Positions 1 through 9,306 of a stretch of 64,000 nt of DNA are shown in pieces. Position 1 is the stretch's first letter, and every line of letters starts with the position of its first letter. The stretch lies in the NCBI GenBank assembly GCA_042571645.1, contig JBHPFW010000003.1:24898-88897 (forward strand), given 5' to 3'. The translations under genes and the position numbers were made by a program. The notes beneath the pieces are model-generated. The model saw only the letters and a list, made by a program, of their open reading frames with translations. It was not told the DNA's origin and did not search any database. Source of the stretch: Nanobdellota archaeon (GTDB taxonomy: Archaea > Nanobdellota > Nanobdellia > Woesearchaeales > JBHPFW01).

Positions 1-935
1 TGTGAAATGTTATCAATATCTATTCCTCTAGCAGCAATATCAGTTGCTACCAAAACTTTGGTTTTGCCAGACTTAAAACCTTTAAGTGCTAAAGTTCTTG
101 CGTTTTGTGATTTATTGCCGTGAATTGCATCAGAAGATACACCATTTTTACTAAGAAACATAGCTACCTTATTTGCTTTATGTTTTGTTCTCGTGAAGAT
201 CAAAACACTGGTAAGATGTTTTTCTTTTAAGAGTTCTAATAATAGTTTTTCTTTTTCTTTTACATCAACAAAGAATGTGAATTGTTTTATTTTTTCCACA
301 GTAGTTGCTTGAGGTGTGACTTCAACATGAATAGGTTCTATTAATAGGGTTTTTGCAAGCTTGTTGATAGGTGAAGACATAGTTGCTGAGAAAAATAATG
401 TCTGTCTTTCATGAGGTAGTTGTGAGATTATCTTTTTTATATCATGAATAAAACCCATATCTAACATCCTGTCTGCTTCATCTAATACAAAGAATTTTAT
501 GTTTTTTAGATTGAGTTTTCTTTGATTTAATAAGTCTAAAAGTCTGCCTGGTGTTGCAACAACAATATTTACGCCTTTATTTAGTGCATTAACTTGAGGG
601 GATTGACCAACTCCTCCAAAAATTACAGTATGTTTAAATTTAAGAAATCGCCCATATTCATGAAAACTCTCGCCAATCTGCGCAGCAAGTTCTCTTGTAG
701 GAGTAAGGACTAAAACTGTGATTTTTCTAGGATATTCTTCTTTCATCCTTTGTAATATTGGTAGTATGAATGCTGCAGTCTTACCAGTACCAGTTTGTGC
801 TATGCCTATAAGATCCTTACCTCTCAATAAGCCAGGGATGGCTTTTAATTGAATGGGTGTTGGTATTGTGTAGTTTTGTTTAGCTAATGCCTGATTAAGC
901 TCAGGAATTAGATTTAATTCCTTAAATGTTGTCAT
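1..935 (-). CDS. DEAD-box RNA helicase (RhlE-like), 3' part runs off the window
   Basis: Manual translation from ATG at 935 gives PTPIQ (Q motif), AQTGTGKT, PTRELA, TPGRL, LDEADRMLDMGF, SAT, HGNKSQ and VATDIAARGIDI. Not in the ORF track because it is truncated. Confidence 0.93.
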   Translation of the reverse strand, partial: MTTFKELNLIPELNQALAKQNYTIPTPIQLKAIPGLLRGKDLIGIAQTGTGKTAAFILPILQRMKEEYPRKITVLVLTPTRELAAQIGESFHEYGRFLKFKHTVIFGGVGQSPQVNALNKGVNIVVATPGRLLDLLNQRKLNLKNIKFFVLDEADRMLDMGFIHDIKKIISQLPHERQTLFFSATMSSPINKLAKTLLIEPIHVEVTPQATTVEKIKQFTFFVDVKEKEKLLLELLKEKHLTSVLIFTRTKHKANKVAMFLSKNGVSSDAIHGNKSQNARTLALKGFKSGKTKVLVATDIAARGIDIDNIS

Positions 936-974
936 ATTCTTGAGAAATAAGGGTTTAGTTATAAATGTAGGGGT

Positions 975-1409
975 TTATAGGGGGGTGTTGTTACAAATTT
1001 CTTTGATAAGGTCTATTATATGCTTAAATTCAAGTTCATTTGTTTCCAGATATTCTGGTTTGACAAACAATCCGTCATAATTTATCCTGTTTCTAATATC
1101 TTTTAAATTATGTATTGTTAATGCTTCATATTCATATTTTGGATAATTTGTTTTGAAAAAAGATATTAAACATTCATGATTGTCTGATTTTAAGCTGTGC
1201 TTAAGGAGTAATGCAGTAAGAAGTTCTTTAATTGTTTCGTAATATCCTTCAACTATTATAGAAGTTGTTTCATTGTCTTTTTTTATTTGGTTTATTGCTT
1301 TTAATCTTGCATTAGCTACTTTTATTAGGGAAATGATTTTATCTGGATCTTCTTGTGCGGGTTTTAGATGATGTTTTTTGCAAACTTTGTAATTCATTAT
1401 CTCTTTCAA
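975..1409 (-). CDS. HEPN-domain protein (toxin partner of MNT-HEPN pair)
   Basis: Helical ~140 aa protein with an RNRINY motif (R-x4-Y variant), directly downstream of and overlapping an MNT gene. Confidence 0.75.
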   Translation of the reverse strand: MKEIMNYKVCKKHHLKPAQEDPDKIISLIKVANARLKAINQIKKDNETTSIIVEGYYETIKELLTALLLKHSLKSDNHECLISFFKTNYPKYEYEALTIHNLKDIRNRINYDGLFVKPEYLETNELEFKHIIDLIKEICNNTPL

Positions 1410-1899
1410 GTCTAATCAGTCCGTGTAGTGTAATTCCGTTGAGGATATTGTTTAGCAGTTCATTGCTTAATTTGTTGAGATTAGTTTCAAAAAATAAATT
1501 GATTTTGTGTTTGAGTTTGAAACTTAAGTCTAAGTTTGTTTTGTTGGATTGAACAAATATGTCGATGTCGCTGTCTTTTGTGTAATCTCCTTTTGCGCAG
1601 CTTCCGAATAATATAATTGCTTTTGGGTTAGTGTGTTTGTAGATATATTCTATTACTCCTGATTTATGTATGCGTTCTAAGATATCTTGTGTCTTGTAAA
1701 ATTTGTATAAGGGGTTTTCTGTATTGGCGGAGTAAGTATCATAAGGTTCGTTTTTGTTCCGGGTTATTAGCTTGTTTTTGATTAGTTGATTTAATGTTCT
1801 TGCAGCTGTTGTTTTTGGGGTGCGGGTAAGTCTTGAGAGTTGTCTTAAGTAAAACTCTTTTCCCGGGTTTTCGTAAAATAATTCTTCTATTTGTCCCAT
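1339..1899 (-). CDS. wHTH + minimal nucleotidyltransferase (MNT antitoxin)
   Basis: N-terminal HTH (FYLRQLSRL) and the motif LFGSCAKGDYTKDSDIDI. Confidence 0.85.
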   Translation of the reverse strand: MGQIEELFYENPGKEFYLRQLSRLTRTPKTTAARTLNQLIKNKLITRNKNEPYDTYSANTENPLYKFYKTQDILERIHKSGVIEYIYKHTNPKAIILFGSCAKGDYTKDSDIDIFVQSNKTNLDLSFKLKHKINLFFETNLNKLSNELLNNILNGITLHGLIRLERDNELQSLQKTSSKTRTRRSR

Positions 1900-2072
1900 T
1901 TTTAGTCCAACTGTACCATAATCGGGACTACTATTTAAGGTTTATGCTTAATTAGGGTTTCTGGGAGTAATAAACCTTACTGAAAGAATGGGATAAACAT
2001 TTAAAATGAAACTTGGTTTGTTTGTGGGTATTGGGGTTATAGGAAGAGGAAAGAAGATAAAGAATAATTCTG

Positions 2073-2235
2073 AATTGGACATAACAAAGTTAGATCCCCG
2101 AGTGTTTTTCAGAGCGGAGTAGCAGGATATGAGCGTTAAACGACCTCGAAAAACACGAGGCCGAGCATTGCCTGAAAGGCAAGCGGAGGAGTCGCGTAGG
2201 GGCTTTTTCTAATTATTACAAAGGCTTTGGCGAAG
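2073..2235 (+). repeat. Left copy of an inverted modular repeat, with a GC-rich structured insert
   Basis: Blocks GTTAGATCC, GGGGCTTTTTCTAATT (2199-2214) and GGCTTTGGCGAAG (2223-2235) recur as reverse complements at 2973-3068. Confidence 0.8.
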
Positions 2236-2296
2236 CTACTTATAAAGAGTAAAGAAATGGAAAAGTTAATAAGCATATATTGAATACCCTTCAAAA

Positions 2297-2941
2297 ATGG
2301 ATTGGGAAAAATTAATTCCGGACTTTTTGAAGAGAGCAAAACAAAAACAATTAACTGATTTTGAAATAGAAGTGATAATGCCTTACGAACTAGAAAAGTT
2401 AGTAAAAGATTATAAGGATAGAAAAAATTCTCGGACTGCTGAATATGATCGCGTATTAGACTCAAATTTATTAGTTCCTCTTCATGGAGGATATGATACC
2501 GGAGAAAAAGTTGCAGAAAAAGCCAAAGAACTTGAAAGAATGTTAGTTCTTTATCAAAATTTTGAAAGACTTTTGAAACAGCAAGGTGACTCAGCTGTAG
2601 AAAGATATGGTGCTCACAAAGCAAAAGAATATACAGAAGGAGTTGCTTACTTAACATGGGATGCCCAATTCAAAATTAGTGGTGTTACTTCACTCAGACA
2701 AGTATGGCTACCAGAAAACATAAAAGAAAAGTTGGGTTCTGATTTTGAAGGAACTGTATTAATCCATCATGATACAGAAAATATAATCACTGGAGGCAGA
2801 CCAGAAGCTTATCACAAATTAGAATCCTCAGTTATCGCACTTCCTCAAACTTTAACAACAGAAAGAAGTGAACTTAGGAAACAAATGATTGCAGTAGCAC
2901 AACAAAAAGCAATAAATTACGCCGCAGGATTAGGTGGTTGA
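2297..2941 (+). CDS. hypothetical protein between inverted repeats
   Basis: 214 aa ORF with protein-like composition and no recognised motif. Confidence 0.7.
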   Translation: MDWEKLIPDFLKRAKQKQLTDFEIEVIMPYELEKLVKDYKDRKNSRTAEYDRVLDSNLLVPLHGGYDTGEKVAEKAKELERMLVLYQNFERLLKQQGDSAVERYGAHKAKEYTEGVAYLTWDAQFKISGVTSLRQVWLPENIKEKLGSDFEGTVLIHHDTENIITGGRPEAYHKLESSVIALPQTLTTERSELRKQMIAVAQQKAINYAAGLGG

Positions 2942-2972
2942 CTCCTATATTGCATACTATTCAAAATTCTTT

Positions 2973-3068
2973 CTTCGCCAAAGCCCTAAACTAAAATTTA
3001 CTTCTAAATTTTTATTGAAATTAGAAAAAGCCCCAAAGCGATTGGATCTAACGCAGGTTATGCCAATT
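2973..3068 (-). repeat. Right copy of the inverted modular repeat, ending in a dif-like 11-6-11 site
   Basis: CTTCGCCAAAGCC (2973-2985), AATTAGAAAAAGCCCC (3019-3034) and ATTGGATCTAA-CGCAGG-TTATGCCAATT (3041-3068). Confidence 0.75.
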
Positions 3069-3235
3069 CATTTATTTTTGTTTGAATTAAGGCTTGTACT
3101 TCTTGTTTTTGTGTTCCCATAAGGATATCTCTGATTAATTTCCTTCCATACTGAAAATAATTCCTTTCTTCAGGCCTTTGTTTTAGATAAATTTTATAAA
3201 TAATCCCCTCATTAACCTATATTAGGGGTGTTTAG

Positions 3236-4891
3236 ATGACTGAAAAGAGTGAATCAGCAAATAAATTGAGATCTGATGTATTGAAGCATGATATAGCTTG
3301 TCTGCCTCATAGAGCTCTATTAAGGAGTGCAGGTGTTAAAGCTGAGGACTTTGACAAGCCATTCATTGGTGTGGCTAATTCTTATAATGACATTATTCCA
3401 GGACATATTCATTTAGGTGAACTTACAAAAGAAGTCAAGAAAGGCATCAGGGATGCAGGTGGAGTGCCATTTGAATGGGGTGTGCCAGGAGTTTGCGATG
3501 GAATAGCAATGCATGTAGAAATGAGACTAAGCTTGCCATCTAGAGAACATATTGCAGACAACATAGAAATAATGATGTTATCACACTCTTTAGATGGATG
3601 GGTTGGAGTTACAAATTGCGACAAAATCACACCAGGAATGTTAATGGCAGCTGGCAGATTAGATATTCCGGCAATAATGTTAACTGGCGGACCAATGAAA
3701 GCAAATATTGAAGATGGGAAAAAACATCATCCAATTGAAGGCTTTGGAATAGTCGGCCAAGTAGAGGCAGGAAAACTCAAGCCAGAAGAAGCAGAAAAAA
3801 TGTTACCTTGCTTAAGTTGCGGAGCAGGAGCTTGTGTTGGATTGTTTACAGCAAACACAATGGCTGTTGTAACAGAAACATTAGGAATGTCTGTAACAAA
3901 ATGTGCAACAACATTAGCATTAGATCCAGAAAAAAAGAAACAAGCATATGAAACCGGCAAAAAAATTGTTGAATTAGTAAAAAATAATCTAACACCAAGA
4001 AAAATAATGACAAAAGAAGCTTTTGAAAACGCAATAAAAGTAGATATGGCTATGGGCGGTTCAACAAACACCGTCTTACATATTCCAGTAATAGCAAATG
4101 AGTGCGGGATAGATATTAAAACAGATAGATTTGATGAAATCTCAAGGGAAACACCAAATTTGTGCAAAATCATTCCTGCTGGTGAATCAGAAATGGCAGA
4201 TATCAATAATGCAGGAGGGGTTCCAGCAGTCCTAAACAGATTAAAGGATTCTCTAAAAGATTCTCCAACTGTAAATGGTAAATCAATAAAAGATATTGCA
4301 GAACAAGGCAAAGTAACAGATGATGAAGTAATAAGACCATTAGACAAACCATTTTTTGAACAAGGCGGCATTGCAGTACTAAAAGGAAATATTGCAGACA
4401 GCTCAGTAATAAAACAGACTGCAGTAGAAAAAGACATGATGCAGATTGAAGGAACTGCAAAAGTATTCTATACAGAAAATGATTTATTAGAAGCAATCAA
4501 ATCAAAAGGAATTCAGGAAGGGGATGTAATAGTTCTTCCATATCAAGGTTCTATCGGAGCTCCAGGAATGCCGGAAATGTTGACTCCGACTGATGCGATC
4601 AAGGGAGCAGGTTATAAAAAAGTTGCATTATTGACTGATGGAAGATTTTCCGGCGGAACATCAGGACCATGTATAGGCCATATAGAACCTGAAGCATACT
4701 TAGGCGGAGTAATTGCAGCAATAAAAGACGGAGATTATATAGAGATAGATGTGCCAAACAGAAAACTTAATCTGAAAGTAGATGAAGAAATTATTGAGAA
4801 ACGATTAGCAAAAGCAACTCCCCCAGAAAGAACAATGACACCTATGTTAGTTCATTACAAAAACAGGCAGCTTCATAAAACATTATGTTGA
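3236..4891 (+). CDS. ilvD: dihydroxy-acid dehydratase
   Basis: PGHIHL, CDGIAM, NCDKITPG, GGSTN, GAPGMPEM and TDGRFSG motifs. Confidence 0.97.
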   Translation: MTEKSESANKLRSDVLKHDIACLPHRALLRSAGVKAEDFDKPFIGVANSYNDIIPGHIHLGELTKEVKKGIRDAGGVPFEWGVPGVCDGIAMHVEMRLSLPSREHIADNIEIMMLSHSLDGWVGVTNCDKITPGMLMAAGRLDIPAIMLTGGPMKANIEDGKKHHPIEGFGIVGQVEAGKLKPEEAEKMLPCLSCGAGACVGLFTANTMAVVTETLGMSVTKCATTLALDPEKKKQAYETGKKIVELVKNNLTPRKIMTKEAFENAIKVDMAMGGSTNTVLHIPVIANECGIDIKTDRFDEISRETPNLCKIIPAGESEMADINNAGGVPAVLNRLKDSLKDSPTVNGKSIKDIAEQGKVTDDEVIRPLDKPFFEQGGIAVLKGNIADSSVIKQTAVEKDMMQIEGTAKVFYTENDLLEAIKSKGIQEGDVIVLPYQGSIGAPGMPEMLTPTDAIKGAGYKKVALLTDGRFSGGTSGPCIGHIEPEAYLGGVIAAIKDGDYIEIDVPNRKLNLKVDEEIIEKRLAKATPPERTMTPMLVHYKNRQLHKTLC

Positions 4892-4902
4892 GATGATAAG
4901 AA

Positions 4903-5169
4903 ATGACAGAACCCGCTAAGGACATCACTATTGATCTGGAAAAATGCTGTGCAAATGTTAAAAAAATAGCGTCTAAAGCAGATTTATCATTATTGCAGGA
5001 TTGGGTTGATCAAGCAGGTCATTCTGATGTGAAACTATCAAACGCTCTTGAACTTGTGTATCGTTGTCCTCATCAGACTTGTGAACATTTGATCCAGAGT
5101 GGGGTAAGTGATTATTGTATCGGCCCAGAATTGTATGAGATGTATGCTCACCAAGGAGACAGCTCATGA
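4903..5169 (+). CDS. small Cys-containing hypothetical protein
   Basis: 88 aa ORF filling the space between ilvD and the NAD kinase, with an ATGA overlap. Confidence 0.55.
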   Translation: MTEPAKDITIDLEKCCANVKKIASKADLSLLQDWVDQAGHSDVKLSNALELVYRCPHQTCEHLIQSGVSDYCIGPELYEMYAHQGDSS

Positions 5170-5963
5170 AAAAAATAACTCTTAACAATGTAATTGTAAT
5201 ACATATGAAGTCAAGCTCTAGTGAGCACAATAAAACTCTTAGACATGTTCATAGTGTGTTGAAAAAATATGGTATAACGCATAGAGTAAAAGAACGTACA
5301 GGAATAAATGGCAATACATTCAAAGGAAAAGACTTTGTAATAGTGGTTGGCGGGGATGGTACTTTCTTGAGAGCAGCTCATTTCATAAAAGATCAGGTTG
5401 TGCTGGGGGTTAATTCAGATGTCCATGCTAAAGAAGGATTTTTAACACAAGCAAACCGGTTTGATTTTGAGATGAAATTAGTCAAAATAATGCACAATGA
5501 TTTCAAGCTTCAGAAACTTACTAGACTGGCTGCATGGATTGATGGAAAGAAATTGCCTGATTTAGCTTTGAATGAATTTTACATAGGCCATAGAAATGCA
5601 TATGATATGTCAAGATATCATGTTATTATAGACGGAAAAAAAGCATTCCACAGAAGTTCTGGTTTATTAGCTGGTACTGCTGTTGGGTCATATGCCTGGT
5701 TAGTTAGTGCAGGCGGCAAGAGAATGCCTTTAAACTCCAAAAAGATGCAGTACATAGCAAGAGAAGTATATGAGGGCACATTATTCAAAAGAGAAATGCT
5801 TAAAGGATTTTTAGGGCAGGATAAAAAATTAGAAGTAATAAGTGCTTCAAACAAAAACATTGTAGTTGCAGATTCATTAAGCAAAGAATATACTTTAAGA
5901 AAAGGACATAAAGTCGTAGTTAAAGTTTCAAGACATCCTTTGTTAACAGCAGGGTTTAAATAA
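5166..5963 (+). CDS. nadK: NAD(+) kinase
   Basis: VGGDGTFL, LNE and GTAVGSYAW..SAGG motifs. Confidence 0.9.
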   Translation: MKKITLNNVIVIHMKSSSSEHNKTLRHVHSVLKKYGITHRVKERTGINGNTFKGKDFVIVVGGDGTFLRAAHFIKDQVVLGVNSDVHAKEGFLTQANRFDFEMKLVKIMHNDFKLQKLTRLAAWIDGKKLPDLALNEFYIGHRNAYDMSRYHVIIDGKKAFHRSSGLLAGTAVGSYAWLVSAGGKRMPLNSKKMQYIAREVYEGTLFKREMLKGFLGQDKKLEVISASNKNIVVADSLSKEYTLRKGHKVVVKVSRHPLLTAGFK

Positions 5964-5996
5964 AAGATATTAATATTCAAAACATACGGTGATATC

Positions 5997-6896
5997 ATGG
6001 ATAAAGTAGACAAGATTTGGATGGATGGAAAGCTAATCAATTGGGATGATGCTAAGGTTCATGTATTAAGCCACTCATTGCATTATGGTTCTGGAGTATT
6101 TGAAGGGATAAGATTCTACAAAACAGACAAAGGACCAGCAGTATTCAGGCTAAAAGAGCATGTAGAAAGATTATTCAAAAGTGCAAAAGTATTCAATATG
6201 GAAATACCTCACACCAAAGAACAAATAGAGGAAGCTGTAAAGGAAACAATAAAAGTAAACAAAACAGATGCAGGGTACATAAGGCCGTTAGTTTTTTATG
6301 GATATGGAAAGATGGGCTTGAATCCAGAAGGAGCAGATTTACATGTTATGATAGCAGTTTGGCCGTGGGGTTCTTATCTCGGGGATAAAGCAGTATCAGT
6401 AAAAACCTCAAGTTTCATACGTCATCATCCTAAAGCAGTTCATACAGAAGCAAAAGTATGCGGTTATTATGTTAATAGTATTTTTGCTAGTTTAGAAGCT
6501 AAAAAAGAAGGTTATGATGAAGCATTAATGCTGGATTATGAGGGCAATATAGCAGAAGGCCCGGGAGAGAATCTTTTCATTATTAAAGATGGCAAAATCT
6601 ACACACCTGGTGTTGGAAACATACTTGTAGGAATAACAAGAGATTCAGTAATGGACATAGCCAATCATCTTGGATATGATGTTGTAGAAAAAACACTGAC
6701 CTTGGAAGACTTAAAAAATGCAGATGAGGCTTTCTTCACAGGTACTGCTGCAGAAGTAACAGCAATAGGAAAATTAGATGGCAAGAACCTAGGAAACGGA
6801 GATACTGGCCAGATAACAGACAAGATAAGAACAACTTATCTGGATGTAGTGCAGGGAAAGAAAGAGAAGTATCTTGATTGGCTGAGCTTTTGTTAG
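5997..6896 (+). CDS. ilvE: branched-chain amino acid aminotransferase
   Basis: LHYGSGVFEG, YIRP, EGPGENLF, GITR and GTAAEV motifs. Confidence 0.97.
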   Translation: MDKVDKIWMDGKLINWDDAKVHVLSHSLHYGSGVFEGIRFYKTDKGPAVFRLKEHVERLFKSAKVFNMEIPHTKEQIEEAVKETIKVNKTDAGYIRPLVFYGYGKMGLNPEGADLHVMIAVWPWGSYLGDKAVSVKTSSFIRHHPKAVHTEAKVCGYYVNSIFASLEAKKEGYDEALMLDYEGNIAEGPGENLFIIKDGKIYTPGVGNILVGITRDSVMDIANHLGYDVVEKTLTLEDLKNADEAFFTGTAAEVTAIGKLDGKNLGNGDTGQITDKIRTTYLDVVQGKKEKYLDWLSFC

Positions 6897-6936
6897 TTGT
6901 GGTTCTTTTTCATGAAATCTATTAAGCAGATCTAAA

Positions 6937-7590
6937 ATGGCTAATATAAAAATTTCAAAATCTCCAAATCCAAAAATAATATCATCTGATGACAGACACA
7001 GAGGATATAGAAGATTCATAAGCAGATTCATTTTTTTCTATGTGCTTATATTTGCGATAGTTGGATATTTTCATAAGAATCTGGAATTCTTTTATTATTG
7101 TATAATCTTTCTGGTTTTCATACTTGCCATAAGGCATTATCAGAAAAAGAAAAGGGAGATAATACTGCCATTGTATATTTATATTGGTGTGGCTGTTTGG
7201 GGGATTCTTCATTTTCTTGGAGGATATCTTCCTGTTAATGAAGGAGTGCTTTATGATGTGCATCTTTTTGTGTTTGGTTATGATAATTTAGTTCACAGCT
7301 TTGGAATGTTTGTGACAACATTTATGGTATATAACTTATTAAGACCGCATCTAAGCATTAACATAAGAGAACATTATGGTTTTTTGACAGCAATACTTCT
7401 CCTGATGGTATTGGGAGTTGGGTCATTAGTTGAAATAGTTGAGTTTAGCGCAGTTAAATTATTCAATGCATCAGGTGTGGGAGATTATTTAAACAATGCC
7501 TGGGACTTGGTGTTTAACACAATCGGATCATTGGTTGCATGTTTTCTAATAGTCATGCATCAGAGAAGAGTAAAGAAGAAAAATGGCTAA
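6937..7590 (+). CDS. membrane protein (DUF2238-like)
   Basis: Multiple TM segments with the YDNLVH, EIVEF and DLVFN pattern. Confidence 0.65.
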   Translation: MANIKISKSPNPKIISSDDRHRGYRRFISRFIFFYVLIFAIVGYFHKNLEFFYYCIIFLVFILAIRHYQKKKREIILPLYIYIGVAVWGILHFLGGYLPVNEGVLYDVHLFVFGYDNLVHSFGMFVTTFMVYNLLRPHLSINIREHYGFLTAILLLMVLGVGSLVEIVEFSAVKLFNASGVGDYLNNAWDLVFNTIGSLVACFLIVMHQRRVKKKNG

Positions 7591-7663
7591 AAAATGGAAT
7601 GAGCCGTAAGTTTTATAAACCCCTTCAAAATCCTAAGATTATCATATTTAAATAAATCTAAAG

Positions 7664-7876
7664 GTGAATGTTATGGGAAAATTACATACAAGACAGAAAA
7701 GATGGAAAGGCCTTAATACCAGTAAGAGGCATAAGAAAAGATCAGTAGTTAAGAAAGGTGCTAGGACATTTAATACAGAAGCAGCTGCAAAAAAATATGC
7801 AGAAGAGAATAAGATTACAGATTACACACTTGAGCCTGCTAAGAAAGGCAAGAGATTTAAGATTGTGAAGAAATAA
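7664..7876 (+). CDS. small basic protein
   Basis: 70 aa and K/R-rich, with a TATA box and AGGTGA upstream of an internal ATG (true start may be a few codons in). Confidence 0.65.
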   Translation: MNVMGKLHTRQKRWKGLNTSKRHKKRSVVKKGARTFNTEAAAKKYAEENKITDYTLEPAKKGKRFKIVKK

Positions 7877-7930
7877 GCTAAGTTAATATTTATTTTCTTT
7901 AATATTTTATAATCTTTTTTCTCAGGATTT

Positions 7931-8329
7931 TCAAAACTTATGCTCTAGTTTGTTTACTTGCTCGCTTATATTAAAATTAGGCAGATTTCTCTGGCAGGCA
8001 ATATTGGAGATTTTGTTCTTCATGTTTTGCAATGCAAAAGCCATCTTTTCCTCAACCTCTTCACCTTCAATATTGACAGAAAAATATCCTGCTAAGGGAT
8101 CATCAGGATCTAGGTCAACGGTTGAGTGTCTTTTTTGAGCAGAATCCTTTAGAGAATTTATTATTTGTTCAGTAATACCTCTAGAATCATTCAAGTCATT
8201 AATATTGAGGTTCAAGCCAACTTTTCTTTCAATTCCCTCAATATATGTAATGATCAGCTGGAATGTTTTATCTGCAGGCTGAAAATTAATTATTTGAGCT
8301 TTGTTTATCTTTATGTTTACGTCTGCCAT
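7931..8329 (-). CDS. hypothetical protein
   Basis: 132 aa ORF divergent from thiR. Confidence 0.6.
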   Translation of the reverse strand: MADVNIKINKAQIINFQPADKTFQLIITYIEGIERKVGLNLNINDLNDSRGITEQIINSLKDSAQKRHSTVDLDPDDPLAGYFSVNIEGEEVEEKMAFALQNMKNKISNIACQRNLPNFNISEQVNKLEHKF

Positions 8330-8402
8330 TTTATCTTAACTTGCAGTATTTTTGTTTTAATATTTTTTGTTTTTTTGACCAAATAATACCAAAATATTTA
8401 TA

Positions 8403-8438
8403 TATAACTCAATTATACTATTCTATAACTAAGTTATA
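8403..8438. promoter_or_regulatory. Tandem palindromic operator, candidate ThiR sites
   Basis: Perfect palindrome TATAACTAAGTTATA (8424-8438). A degenerate copy TATAACTCAATTATA (8403-8417) lies 21 bp upstream and overlaps the TATA box. Confidence 0.7.
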
Positions 8439-8451
8439 AAGAGATGATAAG

Positions 8452-9288
8452 ATGTTAACACCGTTTCATGCACTTGTAGAGGAAGTATATCCCAAATTGA
8501 ATGCAGAGATAGCTAGACAGCTAAAAACAGACCTCACACAATCTGAAATAGCTGAATTTCTTAGTGTGAGCCAAGTCATGGTGAGTAAGTATCTAAAGGA
8601 GAAAAAAGAGATTGATGATGAATTGGCCAATATTGCAACAGGTTTGACTAATGAAATAAAGGCAGGAATAACAAAGCAAGAGTTTACAAAAAAGGCGACT
8701 TTAGCAGGATTAAAATTAATCCAAAGTGGTTATTTGACAGAATATTCACAACAATTTGTGCTTGATGAAGAAATAATTGATGAAATATGCCATAAAAATG
8801 TCAAAGAAACTGTAATTAAGGATTTGAAAGCTGCATTAAAATTAATTGAAAAAGAAAATCCTGTAGAATTAATGCCTCAAGTAAGAATGAATATAGCAGT
8901 TTCAATAAAAAAGCCAACTAACAAGTATGATATAGCTGCATTTCCTGGAAGATTGAGTGTAGTTGATTATAAAGTAATTTCAAAAGAAGATCCAAGTTTT
9001 GGCGCAAGCAGGCATTTATCAGAGATATTATTGGAAATAAAAAAATCTAATACACATGTAAATTCTGTTGCGAATATAAAGAAGATTAAACTGCCAAAAG
9101 AAGTAAAGTCAATTAATTATCAAAGAAAAAAATTAAAAGATATTGGTGATTTTATAAAAAGTAATGATCTTGAAAATATTGATGCAATTATCGCCGAGGG
9201 AGATTTCGGTATAGAACCAGTAATTTATGTTCTCGGAACTTCTGCGATGGATGTTGTTAATAAAATAATAAAAATAAATAGAGGTTAA
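8452..9288 (+). CDS. thiR: ThiR-type regulator (HTH + ThiN-like domain)
   Basis: TQSEIAEFLSVSQVMVSKY HTH plus PQVRMNIA, AFPGR, FGASRH and GDFGIEP; heads the thiamine cluster. Confidence 0.8.
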   Translation: MLTPFHALVEEVYPKLNAEIARQLKTDLTQSEIAEFLSVSQVMVSKYLKEKKEIDDELANIATGLTNEIKAGITKQEFTKKATLAGLKLIQSGYLTEYSQQFVLDEEIIDEICHKNVKETVIKDLKAALKLIEKENPVELMPQVRMNIAVSIKKPTNKYDIAAFPGRLSVVDYKVISKEDPSFGASRHLSEILLEIKKSNTHVNSVANIKKIKLPKEVKSINYQRKKLKDIGDFIKSNDLENIDAIIAEGDFGIEPVIYVLGTSAMDVVNKIIKINRG

Positions 9289-9306
9289 ATACGGAGGGTT
9301 TTTAAT

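Noticed and set aside
2080..2096. Integron attC site (GTTAGAT fits GTTRRRY)
   Set aside because: There is no tandem cassette array or integron integrase, and the two copies are inverted rather than direct.
2113..2122. AGCGGAGTAG matches the first 10 nt of tRNA-iMet
   Set aside because: Only 10 nt match and no other tRNA element is nearby, so chance is plausible.
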